Assembly: GCA_965603825.1 (NCBI GenBank)
Contig: CBFDEM010000027.1
Span: 1-64,000 of the forward strand
Direction of reading: 5' to 3'
Source: Blepharisma stoltei ATCC 30299
Taxonomy: Eukaryota; Protista; Ciliophora
DNA length: 64,000 nt
Program-made: the position numbers and the translations under genes
Part shown: in pieces, positions 45,818 through 56,802 of the stretch
How the letters are laid out: each line of letters opens with the position of its first letter
Position numbering within the stretch: the first letter of the stretch is position 1
The notes under the pieces: generated by a model
Told to the model about the DNA's origin: nothing
The model's input: only the letters and a program-made list of their open reading frames with translations
Databases searched by the model: none

Positions 45818-46441
45818 ATGGTAGGCAAGAAGGTTAAAATCCTGGCTAAAATTGGTTTGGACGTACTCTATGTTATCATCGTCTTGATTACCTATTTCGT
45901 GACGATGTTTAGCTACAATGATGTGGTAGGCGTTAGTGTCACAGAGATCGTAGATGAAGCTGATGGCAAAAATACAACATCATTTGGTGACTTTAAAGAT
46001 GCTTATTGCAGTGGAAAGAATGAGATCCCAGACGATGAAGCCTTATGCGATCAAGTTTCCAGCTGGCAAACAGCTGGGCTCATCTATTTGGTAATATCAC
46101 TATTTTCCATTGCATTTTGCGTGTATGGAATTGTGAGGCTTGCACTTAGGCTTGGCCAAAAAGACTTTGCATTCCGCGTGAAATACGATCTGGAGTATTC
46201 CATATACCCAGAATTGAGTCTTCTTGCGCTGATTCTATATATAGTTGTCAGTGAAGTATTTACTACTGATCTCCCTGCTGGCTATGTTTCAGCATCTAGT
46301 GAAAGTGCTGATGCAGAGGCTGGGCTTATTCTTATGATTGTGGCATTCTTGATTAGTCTTGCAAGCTCAATTTATTTCTTTCTTGCAAGAAAGCACCTTG
46401 AGCAAAATTCAGAATTTACGAAGCCTTTATTAAGCAAATAA
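45818..46441 (+). CDS. Four-TM claudin/amastin-like membrane protein (207 aa)
   Basis: Four hydrophobic helices with a Cys pair in loop 1, followed by AG..YL. C-terminal ExxxPLL-like dileucine motif. Confidence 0.65.
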   Translation: MVGKKVKILAKIGLDVLYVIIVLITYFVTMFSYNDVVGVSVTEIVDEADGKNTTSFGDFKDAYCSGKNEIPDDEALCDQVSSWQTAGLIYLVISLFSIAFCVYGIVRLALRLGQKDFAFRVKYDLEYSIYPELSLLALILYIVVSEVFTTDLPAGYVSASSESADAEAGLILMIVAFLISLASSIYFFLARKHLEQNSEFTKPLLSK

Positions 46442-46794
46442 GACTTTAATAAAAGCCTTTTTTAAAATATTTTCTTATGCCCTAATATAATTTATTCGTA
46501 AAAATTGCAAACAGCGGCATCTTTTTAACCTTTTATTAGAAAATTTATTAAAATTCTAAATGCTTTTAGCTCATTTGATGATGCTTATTATTATAATCTA
46601 TTTTCTTCCTTCATCAATAAAAAGTTTCCTAGAGCTTGAACTTTATGTGAAGAAGTTATAACAGCCTTATATCTTCACCTAAAGGTTAAAAATAAAAAAT
46701 AAGATCTTTGACTTATATTAGCATGCACGCAGTTGACTATTAAACTTTTTATATTATTGCATCCCTTATATGGATTCTATATTTTTCTTAATTT

Positions 46795-47190
46795 ATGGAA
46801 GGCGAAGAATACCATCAACAGCTTGCCAATGCCTTACAGCTATCTCTTAATGCAAAAGACAATTCTCAGCTTGGTGCTATTATCCAACAGCTTATAGAAA
46901 GCAGGACTCAACTCCAAATCTCATTTTCTTATAAATGCTCATATCATCAATATCTAAATTTACCAGACCAACAGAGTTTGTTTAGTTCAAGAGAAAATGC
47001 GAATAATTTGTTATGCCAATACAATCATATGTCCTGCACACAATGCACTCAAGTTTACGTTCGGAAATGTGTCCTTCAAAATGGCTTGGAATCTCCAATT
47101 TATTGTCCTATTTGTGAATCGTACGGTATCAAAGAGCTAACACCTTTGCTTGTAAGCGATGAAGTTAAAAAATTAGCATTATCTCAATAA
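46795..47190 (+). CDS. Small hypothetical protein with a RING-like Cys/His cluster (131 aa)
   Basis: C..H...CxxxHxxCxxC...CPIC spacing in an ATG..TAA ORF. Confidence 0.55.
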   Translation: MEGEEYHQQLANALQLSLNAKDNSQLGAIIQQLIESRTQLQISFSYKCSYHQYLNLPDQQSLFSSRENANNLLCQYNHMSCTQCTQVYVRKCVLQNGLESPIYCPICESYGIKELTPLLVSDEVKKLALSQ

Positions 47191-47277
47191 GTAATTGGAA
47201 ATCCCAAAATCAAAACTCAATAAGGCTTCAATAATGATGGGAAAAATTTTTTAAATTAAAAGGTTTCATAATCTAAT

Positions 47278-50200
47278 ATGGAAAGCATCCAAAATTCCGC
47301 AGACTTAATCCAAGTCAAAAAGAAAGCCGGCCCAGGAAGTGGCGCATCCTCAATCCGCTCTGGAAAGTCCATCTACAAGCACAAAGGTCCAAGCTCCTCC
47401 TCGCATTCCGCCACTTCAGCACTAGTCCGTGACATAATTTCTCACATTCCTGACAAAGAAAAGCCTCAAGCTGAGCGTTTGACGCAGAAAATCAAAGAAA
47501 TCAAGGAGCATCAACAAATAGAGCAGTCTGGCATGATTTTTAATGAGCTGATAATCCCTTATAACCGAACCAAATATTTTGACTCCTTAGACGCTATGTC
47601 TATTATACAGGTCGAAGAAATGAGGCATAAGCAGCTTACTAAGGTCACTTCTCAGCTATTTCAAAGCACGTTTGGTCAGCAGCAAAAAGATGGGATTGTG
47701 AAAACTGAAGCGATTTCTAAGTTCCAAACAAGGATAAATCAGCTGGTAATTGCGTATAGGACCATGAAAAAGATGTATTTTCCTAATGATCTGTATAGAA
47801 TAATTCATGTGAAAGAATGGACTGATTTTGAAAAAGAAGCTGTTTTTATGCTAGATTCAGCATTTCTAGATTCAAGGATTTTCGTTGCTAAATATATTGA
47901 GAGGCTAGCTTATAAAGAACTGTTAGGTGTAAAAACTCAGCTGCCAGAAAGCTTGTCAGGGGTATTACTAAACAAACTAGCCGAACAAGCTGGAGGCGAA
48001 TATCTCGGACTAATCCAATGTAAAGTAATAGAAGCCATAATGTCCCTCGCCAGAATCCAGCGATACAGAAGCCAAATATCTCCAGCCTTAGAATTCATAT
48101 TAAAACTCTACCGAGACGGCCTCATCTTCAACTCAAACCTTCTCCCTTTTGCCCAGCTTTTTGCAGAACTTGCTCTCTATGAAGATATGAACTGACAAGA
48201 ACTCAATCTCCTCGACCTCTATTTAGAACTTATGGAAACCCCAGTCAAAAACCTCCAAACCTCCTTCGCAATAATTGAGCGTAAATGTCCTGACTTAATA
48301 AAACTGTATTCCTATAATGAAGAAGAAGAAAAAAAAGAAGAATTAAATGAAAGCATCAGCTTGACTTCAGAAAAAAATACTTTGTCAAGAAAAGTGAGTA
48401 GAAAAAATAGCATTGCAAGTATGAGTTCTGTTAGAAGACTAAATACAAGGTCAGCTTTAATGATGTCACAAAAAAGCTTGCTGAAAAATTTTGAGCAAAA
48501 TGATAGTTTGTTTAAGACACAAAGGCTACAGCAGCTTAGAAAAACTTTTAATGAACTGGAAGCTAAGAGAAGCAAAGACAGAATGAAAGAATTTCAGAGC
48601 TTTGATTTAGTTGACCCTGAGGCTATTATTATCCAAGCTGCTAGAGGATTATCAAGACTTATGCTTCCGAATTATTCAGCTTCGTTTTTAAATAATACAG
48701 GAAATATAAAAAAGGTGATATATAATGAAATGCTGGAAAGAGGTCTAATTACAAAATTTTTAGAAAGCCCTTATATGACAATTGATCACTCTGAGGTAAA
48801 AAAATGCTTAACAACCACTATTGCTATGTTTGTGCTACAAACTACCACTGAGTCAAAATTCAATGGCGAGCATGTGATTTTTTACCTAAAAAGGCTTGGA
48901 ATTTTAGACTATGTTTCTAAATGGTCAAAAGATCCTGACCTAGTGGTCAGAGCCAATTCTGCTTGGATTTTCTGCGCATTGTGTGTCCATCATTTAGTCC
49001 CTCCACTTGAGCTTACTAAGATAGGTATTATAAGAGACATGTTTGTATTATTTATTAGCTTATATCTGGAGCAGCCTTATGAATTCCCAGCCCAAGAAGA
49101 AGGCGAAAATATCGCTGAAAAAATCTTAAAAATGTACGATTATGACCATTTTCTTGATAATCTTAATGGGATTTTAAACAAAACAGGCAAAATCCAACAT
49201 TTAATTTTTGCGACCTTTATTTTCTTATCAATTTATGATGACCCTAATATCATTTCTGCCGTCCACAAAGCTAATGATGAAGATGTCGACAAGCCAGTCG
49301 AAGAAAATGCATTGTGTGGACTAATGGAGCTGCTGCAGCAGGACACAGAAAAAATGAAGCTTTTTATCAAAATTTTAATACAATTTACTATATGTGACGA
49401 CGATTCTTTTCAGCAGAATGGGATTTGGTATTTGAAACATATTATTATTAATTCAAAGCTAAACCAGCTAGTAGAGTCACATGCTGTAGACATTTTGGAA
49501 GTGTTTATAGCAGGGTCTGTATGCGAAAGTGAGGTTATTCAGCAGGAATGCGTCAATGTGCTGACTTATTTGGCGATTGAGAAAAAGGCGTATCAGAATA
49601 AAGAAGATCCGCTGTTAGATGCTCTGATGTATTTGACTGGGGTGCAGTTTAAGGTGATTAGAGGGTTAGCTTATAATGGTCTTGCAGCGTTAGCGCTACA
49701 TGGAGCTTATGCAGCGCCAATTCTGCTTAAGCAGGCTAATATTCCTGATTATTTTAATACAGTTACCAAAAATCTCAAAAAATTCCGACAGATGTTCGTC
49801 GACAGCAACTATAAAAGTGACACAGTTGCTGAATATTCCGGCATAAACCTCCTCCTCAACCTCAGCAGATCAGCCACCCTTTCCTACCAAACTCAGGTAA
49901 GTGAAAGAGTCCCTCTTATCCTAGACACAATTGCCGCCCAAAACCAGCTGTCCTCAGAAGAAAACATGAATGAAGTCGGCTGCTTGCAAACCATCAGAGC
50001 CCTAATGTGTAGCTCTTCATTGACCATAAAAGAAGACTGGGTTGTGCCATTTATTGAAAGAGTTGCTAGGGACAAGTCTTTTAGACTGTACCAAATTTTG
50101 CTGAATAATAAGTTTGTGCCCTGGTGCTTAAGGCTGATGCTAGATTCACAAAATATCACAAAAGCACTGAAAACGGCGGAATTGTTGAGGTTTGTGCTTT

Positions 50201-52452
50201 ATGAACTTTATAATGAAATGACGCTGGAACAAGAAGAAACGAGCATCAGGGAGCTGTTTAAGAGGCTGCTGAAGAAGTTTATGTGGACTGAAGAGCCTGG
50301 ATTAGCTAAATCAGTCCATGAAAAGCTAGTAGAATGCTGTTTATTGATTTTTGTAAGAGAAAAAAACATTATTTTAGCAGTCACCGAAGAAGTGATGCAG
50401 CAAGTAATTTTAACGCTTGATACCTTTGACAAGCGAGACGCAGGCACCAGGCTCGCTTTAAGTAAGCAGCTTGCCTCAACTGCCAATTTGCCACAAATTC
50501 AAAATTTATTATTAAAGCGTGTAAAACAGACCCTTAGTACAATCCAAGCATATTTGACCTCTACAAGTTATGAAGAAAGGTTCAATGCGACTCGATTATT
50601 AGTATTTTTAACAAGGTCGCCTGATTTTAATGTTTTAGCTTATGAAGCAGGAATGCTATCAAAGCTATGCAGTATGATTAAAAATACTGAAGCCCAAGAC
50701 GCCCATTCCTTAGTTATGAGTATTGCTAATTTAATTGTTTATTCGAGGTCAAAAGCTGTAAAAAGTGAAAGTGAAATTTTTTTCAATGACGGGCATTTTC
50801 AAGATTTATTAAAATTGACGAAGGATAATGATTGCCACTCTCTTACTGAAGCATTTTTAGACTTAATTACAAAATTACTAGTCGAAAAAGAATTTTGTGA
50901 TAAACTTTTCATGGAGAAAAAAGCTAAAGTTACCCTTGTAAAAGACTTGATGAGTGTTTTAATTAGAGGGATTAATCATGAATGTGAAAAAAGATGTGGA
51001 GATTTATCAAGCAAAAGCTACAAATTTTCAGTTAATTATCAAATATTGTCGTGGATGAGCTTGAAGAAAAATGCATTTAATGTGGCTTCGCAGCTGATAA
51101 GGCTTGGACACTGTCATTCGAAACTGAAAAAATATAATGTAGGGGCAGCTGGGCTGAAATGGTTTAAAAAAGCTTGCAAAAGCTTACAAACAAGGCGAGC
51201 AATCGATCCTGTGTGTGAATCTTTATTATGTGAAATGTGTATATACTTGCAGCTCCATTATGGCTTATTAAAAGACGACAATTTAGCCGAAAACCTTTTA
51301 TCCCACAGCTTGAAAATGGCCCAAATAATCAAGCATGACAAAATCAGTGACCTTTTGCAAGCAAGAGTCGGAGCTTTGCTTCTCCACAGCTCATTAATTG
51401 CTGCAATTGGCCCAGATCCAGCTAAGCTTAATTTGAGAATTAACAACGTTTTATTTACCATGACAAACGCTACACTTCCTGAGCTTCATAATTTAGCTGT
51501 CTGGTCTTTACGTCAGCTTTACCTTAAATGTAGCAACTCTCCTCCCCCATTTGATTTCCAAGACGCTTTCCTTAAAGCCAAAGCTGTAAAAAATGTAGTC
51601 CCTAAGCTGGTAGAGCCACATAGGCCTCTGCAAGAAAATGCAATGCTTTGTTTGTCAAGTTTATTTGAAAATGAAGCTATGAAGCAAGAATTTATTGAAC
51701 TTTCGGCGATGCCACAATTAATGTTTCAAGGAACTCTTGCTTTTAGAGCAATAAGTACCACAAATAAACCTAAGGATGAAGATATTAGCATGCTGGCTGC
51801 ATTTGGAAGTGCTTTAGGCAAATTAATAAAAAATCGAAATGATATACAAGAAGTCCTTGAAAAAGATCAGCTTTTTGATTTTGTGCTAAATGCGCTTGAC
51901 AAAGGATCTTCAATGGAAATGGAGCATGCAGTTAAGCTAAACCAATACTTTACAGAAGTCCTTCGAAATTTATTAGAAAACGAAAATCTTCATGAAAAAT
52001 TCTTGAAAACGGGCAGATCGCCTCTGAACTCTTTAAGAGGACTTTTGCATACTGGAGACTTGCCAAGCTATGAGCAGCTTCTAGTCGACAATAACGTTGC
52101 CCATTGTTTCGCTATTTTAGCAGAAAATGAAAAAAATGGCTTTGCAAGCAGTCCAAAATTCCAAGAATATACAGCTTTTACAAACCAATTGTGTGAATTA
52201 TATGGAAAAGGGGACTATTTAAGCAAAACTGAAGTCGACACTCATCAGATTGTTTTAAAGACACTTAAAGAATTAATAAAATTAAAGATGAGCAAGCTGA
52301 GCCCTGCGATAAGTGATGATGAAAGAGAAGAATTTTTACAAGAACTTTCAAATATGGGAGGACTGGAACCGCTGCTTTTCTTTGAGTATTCAAACGTGCC
52401 TGATATAAGAGAGATGGCGACGGAAACGTTGGAGATGTTGGCTCCTTCTTAA
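47278..52452 (+). CDS. Large ARM/HEAT-repeat protein (1724 aa, 1 UGA-Trp)
   Basis: ORFs 47278..48195 and 48232..52452 are in frame across a TGA. ARM-like helices such as VRANSAWIFCAL, IRGLAYNGLAAL and LQENAMLCLSSL. Confidence 0.82.
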
Positions 52453-52588
52453 AATAAGTAGAAAATTAATAATACGAGTTATTATTTTTGATCAGATTTT
52501 TAATACTATTAATTATTTAGATATATAATTTATATTAGTATTTGAATAGGTATTAATGTCTATATTATCTTCAAATTAATTCTAATAA

Positions 52589-54364
52589 ATGTCAATTAAA
52601 CTTTCCCCAAATGACTCTCGTAGAAAGTTGCTTTCTCTTAACCAACTCCTCGCGCCACAAGCAATAAACTCCCAAGAAAATCTTATGAAGACATCACTTA
52701 TCCAGCCTTTTAAGCAAAAAGTTACAAAAAACCCAAGATATTTCCACACCTCAAATCAAAAAGGTGCAACCATAGACAAGGAAAAAGCCTCAGAAGAAAA
52801 CGCCAAAATGAAACAGACTCAGAATGGCATTTTCGAGGATAATGTACGCATCCATAGCAAATTGTCAGATAATGACAAATCTGCGACTCTATTCTTTAAA
52901 ACTGATGTTCATTATACTCCTGCAATTACTTTTATTTCTAAAGAGCCTTTAAAAATTATGCCACCAAGAAAACTTGAGCCTTTAAGCCACCAAGATGCAG
53001 CTCGGCGTAACTCTTTAACAGACCAAGAAATAGGCAGAATTCGTGATACACAAGAAAGCGAAAGTCCTGACAAGTCTCACAAGGATTTCGAGGAACTAGT
53101 CAGCAAATCTAAAAGACAAGAAGCCAAAATAAAAGAATTGGAAGACCAATTAGTGATTGAGAAAAACGAAAAACAAACCTTGGAGCAGAATTTTGCAGAT
53201 ATGAAGAGCCATATTTCGAAATTAAGTGACGAGTTGGATAGAGAAAAAGACAAAAATAAAGAATTGCAAAAAGAACTTAATAAAGTTAGAGAAAACATCA
53301 AAAACTTTGAAAATTACAAAGATCTTAAGGTAACTAGCAGCTTGGCAATTTCTAATCATATGGATTTATTTAAAAGAAAAACAACTAAAATCGTGGGATT
53401 TGAAAAAGTTAACGAAGATCCTATGAGTAAAATAATGAAAAAAGACATGAAAAAGTATGGGATAGTCACAGCATTTATCCGGAAATTAATGATTTTTTTA
53501 AAAAGTCATAGGAGAAATGCATCTGAATTTATATCAAGCTTAGACTCAGAGTCAAAAAATTTGTTAACATATGAAGAATTTCAATCGGCTGTACAAAAGT
53601 CTGGATTTAGATCAGCCTTAAACGAACTTCAAGCTGTTTTTAATTTATTAAAAGTTGGCGAGAAAATATCAATAAAGTCTTTGCATTCCCAGTTGCAATC
53701 TGCAATCGATAAAGAATCAGAGTACAGCTCTGATATATCGTCCCCTCCTTCTCTAATGGCCTCCAGTCAGCATTCTTTTGCTAGCATGCCAATTATTATC
53801 CCAGACTCCAAATTACAAGAATTTTTAGAAAAATTTCCCTCAATTTTCAATATTGACCCAGAAAGCCTCAAAGAAATTTGCAAAAAAATATTTCCTGAAG
53901 AGGTCAGATTTGAGCATATAATTAAGCTCTTTTTATCAGAAGAAATACACATAGAAGACATCGAGCTTAGAAAAAAATTAGCCTCTTATTTAATAGGAGG
54001 AAAAGAAATTGCTTTAAAAAAAGAAATCATTAGTAATATCATTGAAAAACTTTTCGGAGAAAAAGAAGGCACTTTGGAGTTCCAGGGAGAGCTTACAGAG
54101 CCAATTATAGCACAAATTGAATATAAAAGAGAAGAATTTTTAGAAAATTGCAGAGGAAAAGACAGCCAAAAAAGTGGGGTTTTAAGCTATGACGAGATCA
54201 TGAACATTTTAGGAGATTTAAATGTGAAAATTACTGAAAATAATATTGAGCAGTTTAAAGCTGAATTATCAGCGAATTTTGGGACAATTGATAGGATTGT
54301 GTATGAGAATTTGCTGAAAGTGGAGCAAAATTCGTATAATAGAGGCTTGACGTTTGCAAAGTAA
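52589..54364 (+). CDS. Coiled-coil + EF-hand-like protein (591 aa)
   Basis: Central coiled coil and EF-hand-like loops LDSESKNLLTYEEF and DSQKSGVLSYDEI. Confidence 0.78.
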   Translation: MSIKLSPNDSRRKLLSLNQLLAPQAINSQENLMKTSLIQPFKQKVTKNPRYFHTSNQKGATIDKEKASEENAKMKQTQNGIFEDNVRIHSKLSDNDKSATLFFKTDVHYTPAITFISKEPLKIMPPRKLEPLSHQDAARRNSLTDQEIGRIRDTQESESPDKSHKDFEELVSKSKRQEAKIKELEDQLVIEKNEKQTLEQNFADMKSHISKLSDELDREKDKNKELQKELNKVRENIKNFENYKDLKVTSSLAISNHMDLFKRKTTKIVGFEKVNEDPMSKIMKKDMKKYGIVTAFIRKLMIFLKSHRRNASEFISSLDSESKNLLTYEEFQSAVQKSGFRSALNELQAVFNLLKVGEKISIKSLHSQLQSAIDKESEYSSDISSPPSLMASSQHSFASMPIIIPDSKLQEFLEKFPSIFNIDPESLKEICKKIFPEEVRFEHIIKLFLSEEIHIEDIELRKKLASYLIGGKEIALKKEIISNIIEKLFGEKEGTLEFQGELTEPIIAQIEYKREEFLENCRGKDSQKSGVLSYDEIMNILGDLNVKITENNIEQFKAELSANFGTIDRIVYENLLKVEQNSYNRGLTFAK

Positions 54365-54405
54365 ACAAATTAATGAAAATTAATATCTTTGAGAGTAAAT
54401 TAAAT

Positions 54406-54834
54406 ATGAAAAAAGAGGCATCATATTCCCAAGACACAGGATCTGAAGAAGACGTTGACAGTATGATTGTAGTGAACCCAGAAATAAAAAACGAAGACAG
54501 CCCTGGGAACCATTCGATAAAGCCTTTTACAAATGGCTACCAGTCCAGCCCACATACAAATCAATCCCTTGATGACATTTTAGAAGATGTTAAGCATACG
54601 TTGAATGATTTGCCACCTCCGAAGTACTCGAGAAAAGAAATTAACAAGACTTGGGAATTCTTGAAGTCAATTAAAAAAGAAGATATTTTAAGTTTCGTTA
54701 GAATAATTGACAGTCTTCCTAACTCAGCGATACATGAAAAAGTTAAAGAAATTGAGCAATTGGCATTAAGGCTTGATTTATCTCAGGCTCAAGAATTCGC
54801 AGCTGGGGAAGAAATGAATATAATGCAGAGATAA
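54406..54834 (+). CDS. LIN52: LIN52-like protein (MuvB/DREAM subunit); alternative ATG at 54373
   Basis: The C-terminus LPNSAIHEKVKEIEQLALRLDLSQAQEFAAGEEMNIM matches the LIN52 pattern L...L.EKV..LQ.LAY.LGL.E..E..RG..LNI. Confidence 0.65.
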   Translation: MKKEASYSQDTGSEEDVDSMIVVNPEIKNEDSPGNHSIKPFTNGYQSSPHTNQSLDDILEDVKHTLNDLPPPKYSRKEINKTWEFLKSIKKEDILSFVRIIDSLPNSAIHEKVKEIEQLALRLDLSQAQEFAAGEEMNIMQR

Positions 54835-55091
54835 TTAAATTTGATAACCAATTATAGTAACGTAAGAATGGGCTTATATGGAAAATGTAGAGAGGCGGGA
54901 TAGAAATTCGATAAATTAATATATCAAACTACAGTTATTTAAACAAAGTGGCTTAGCTCTTGTGCTAATCTAAAATCATTTATTTAAATTTGAACTAAAA
55001 CTTTTTGATTTTCCCTTTTTACACCAATTTACAAAAAATAATCTTTTTCCTTAAATTTATCAAAAAAATTCCATTCGGATAAATATTTATC

Positions 55092-56489
55092 TTATTGAAT
55101 TTTAGTTTTTCTAGCTTGTCTATGCAATCCTGTCACTTTAAAGAAAAGCCATCCGATACTAAGTGTTAAAAGTGGCCAGAAATAAATAGCTTTCAAGAAA
55201 GAATACACTAAAAAGAAATCGAGCAGCACAAAAATGATCCCCAAACAGTTTCCGATTTGCCATTGAACTCCCCAGGCAATCCACTTAAGGGCATCCTTAA
55301 AAGGTAAAAAGCTCCAGTTCGACGAGTAAACCATTTTGCTAATTTCTGAGTGAATAGAAAACCAGAAGAACATAATATAATATGAAGGGTAGAAGCCGTG
55401 CCAGAACCCAGAAATTACGAAGCTGGAGTGTTGGGCAAAGCTTCTTCTTTTGGCTGAAGGGTTTGGAGATTCATAGATAATTCTGCTATAAATATATCTT
55501 CTAATCCAGATGGAAACGGGGATATTCCAATTGTCAATCATTTCTTTAGCTGTCCATGCAAACTCAGCTTTTTCATATACTATTGAAACACTTCTGCTCC
55601 AAGAGTCATTTCCAGCCTTATCTTTCCCAGCGTAGCCAAGTCCTGAGGCAGTCATCCCTGCTTCAGTAAATTTCCATCCAGTTGTGTATCGGATTTTGCA
55701 TACAACCATTGCCATGTTGAAGTAAAAAACTCTGTATAAAAATGAATATTCATAAAATTCTGGGCTTCCGCAAAGTTGATAAGGGAAATAGTGGTCGCCT
55801 AGCAGTAAAAGCACCATAAATACTAACGACTTTCCTAAGGTAATTAATGCAGGCTTAACGGTACTTGGCGATTTTTCATACTCCCCAACTTCTCTTACGT
55901 ATCTTAAATACTCCATAAATTCAAAAGGCGGACCTATAATAAAGCCTGCATAAAAGCATAAGTAGCTGTAATATTCTAATAAGCTCGGCAATACGTCCAC
56001 AATTAATGTTTTTTGTTCAGGAGGGACTTTTTCTGGGTTTTTCTTCATTGTATAACCATCTTGGTAGCAAAAAGCAAGAGACGAAAGCTTGCAAGTCAGC
56101 ATCATTTGAAGGCCTGATGCGTCCATTTTCCAGCCCATCCAATCTGTTACCATCCTATATATGTGAACATAAGATAAAAATCCAAGACTGAAGACAAAAA
56201 CTGGCAGTGCTACTTTTTCTCTTGGAATGAGCATAAGCATTAAGTATACAACTGAGGAAGAAAAAGCGAAATTTACTAGCCCGTCTAACCCGAATTGGAA
56301 TAACCCAAATAGGAGGCCAAATGTAATGGAATAGATATGCCTTTTTCTTGCTCCGTGCACGTATTTGTGTTGAATTATACCGAGGAGGACAGACATTAAG
56401 AAAGTCGTAAGGAGTTTAGCTTGGTCAGCAGGGACACCTACTATGCTTCCAAGAACTTCATACTTGCTTTCAATCCAGCTGCAAGCCAT
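55092..56489 (-). CDS. MBOAT lysophospholipid acyltransferase (ALE1/LPCAT type; 465 aa)
   Basis: Motifs QMMLTCKLSS, GP.FEF..Y, NWNI....W.R.Y.Y and the catalytic SGFWHGFYPSYY. Confidence 0.93.
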   Translation of the reverse strand: MACSWIESKYEVLGSIVGVPADQAKLLTTFLMSVLLGIIQHKYVHGARKRHIYSITFGLLFGLFQFGLDGLVNFAFSSSVVYLMLMLIPREKVALPVFVFSLGFLSYVHIYRMVTDWMGWKMDASGLQMMLTCKLSSLAFCYQDGYTMKKNPEKVPPEQKTLIVDVLPSLLEYYSYLCFYAGFIIGPPFEFMEYLRYVREVGEYEKSPSTVKPALITLGKSLVFMVLLLLGDHYFPYQLCGSPEFYEYSFLYRVFYFNMAMVVCKIRYTTGWKFTEAGMTASGLGYAGKDKAGNDSWSRSVSIVYEKAEFAWTAKEMIDNWNIPVSIWIRRYIYSRIIYESPNPSAKRRSFAQHSSFVISGFWHGFYPSYYIMFFWFSIHSEISKMVYSSNWSFLPFKDALKWIAWGVQWQIGNCLGIIFVLLDFFLVYSFLKAIYFWPLLTLSIGWLFFKVTGLHRQARKTKIQ

Positions 56490-56802
56490 TTATTAAGAAA
56501 AATAGTGATCTGCGGCAGATAAAATCTTAATAAGTATTATAAATTATTTCTTAATTATATCAATGTTCTGCATGCTGGAAAGTTATTTGCTGGAAAAGTT
56601 ATATAAATAAAGCTTTAGAATATTTTAATATGCTGAAGCATAAAAAATAGTAAAATAGGTATGCTTATTCATAATTAACAAATAAAAGCCAAATAGTTAA
56701 TTTTATTAAAAAATAGTCTTAAATCTCACATGAGAAATAAAAATGCTTATTGTTATGACTTTTTGGATAATTTTAAAAACTCCATAATACACTGCTATTT
56801 AT

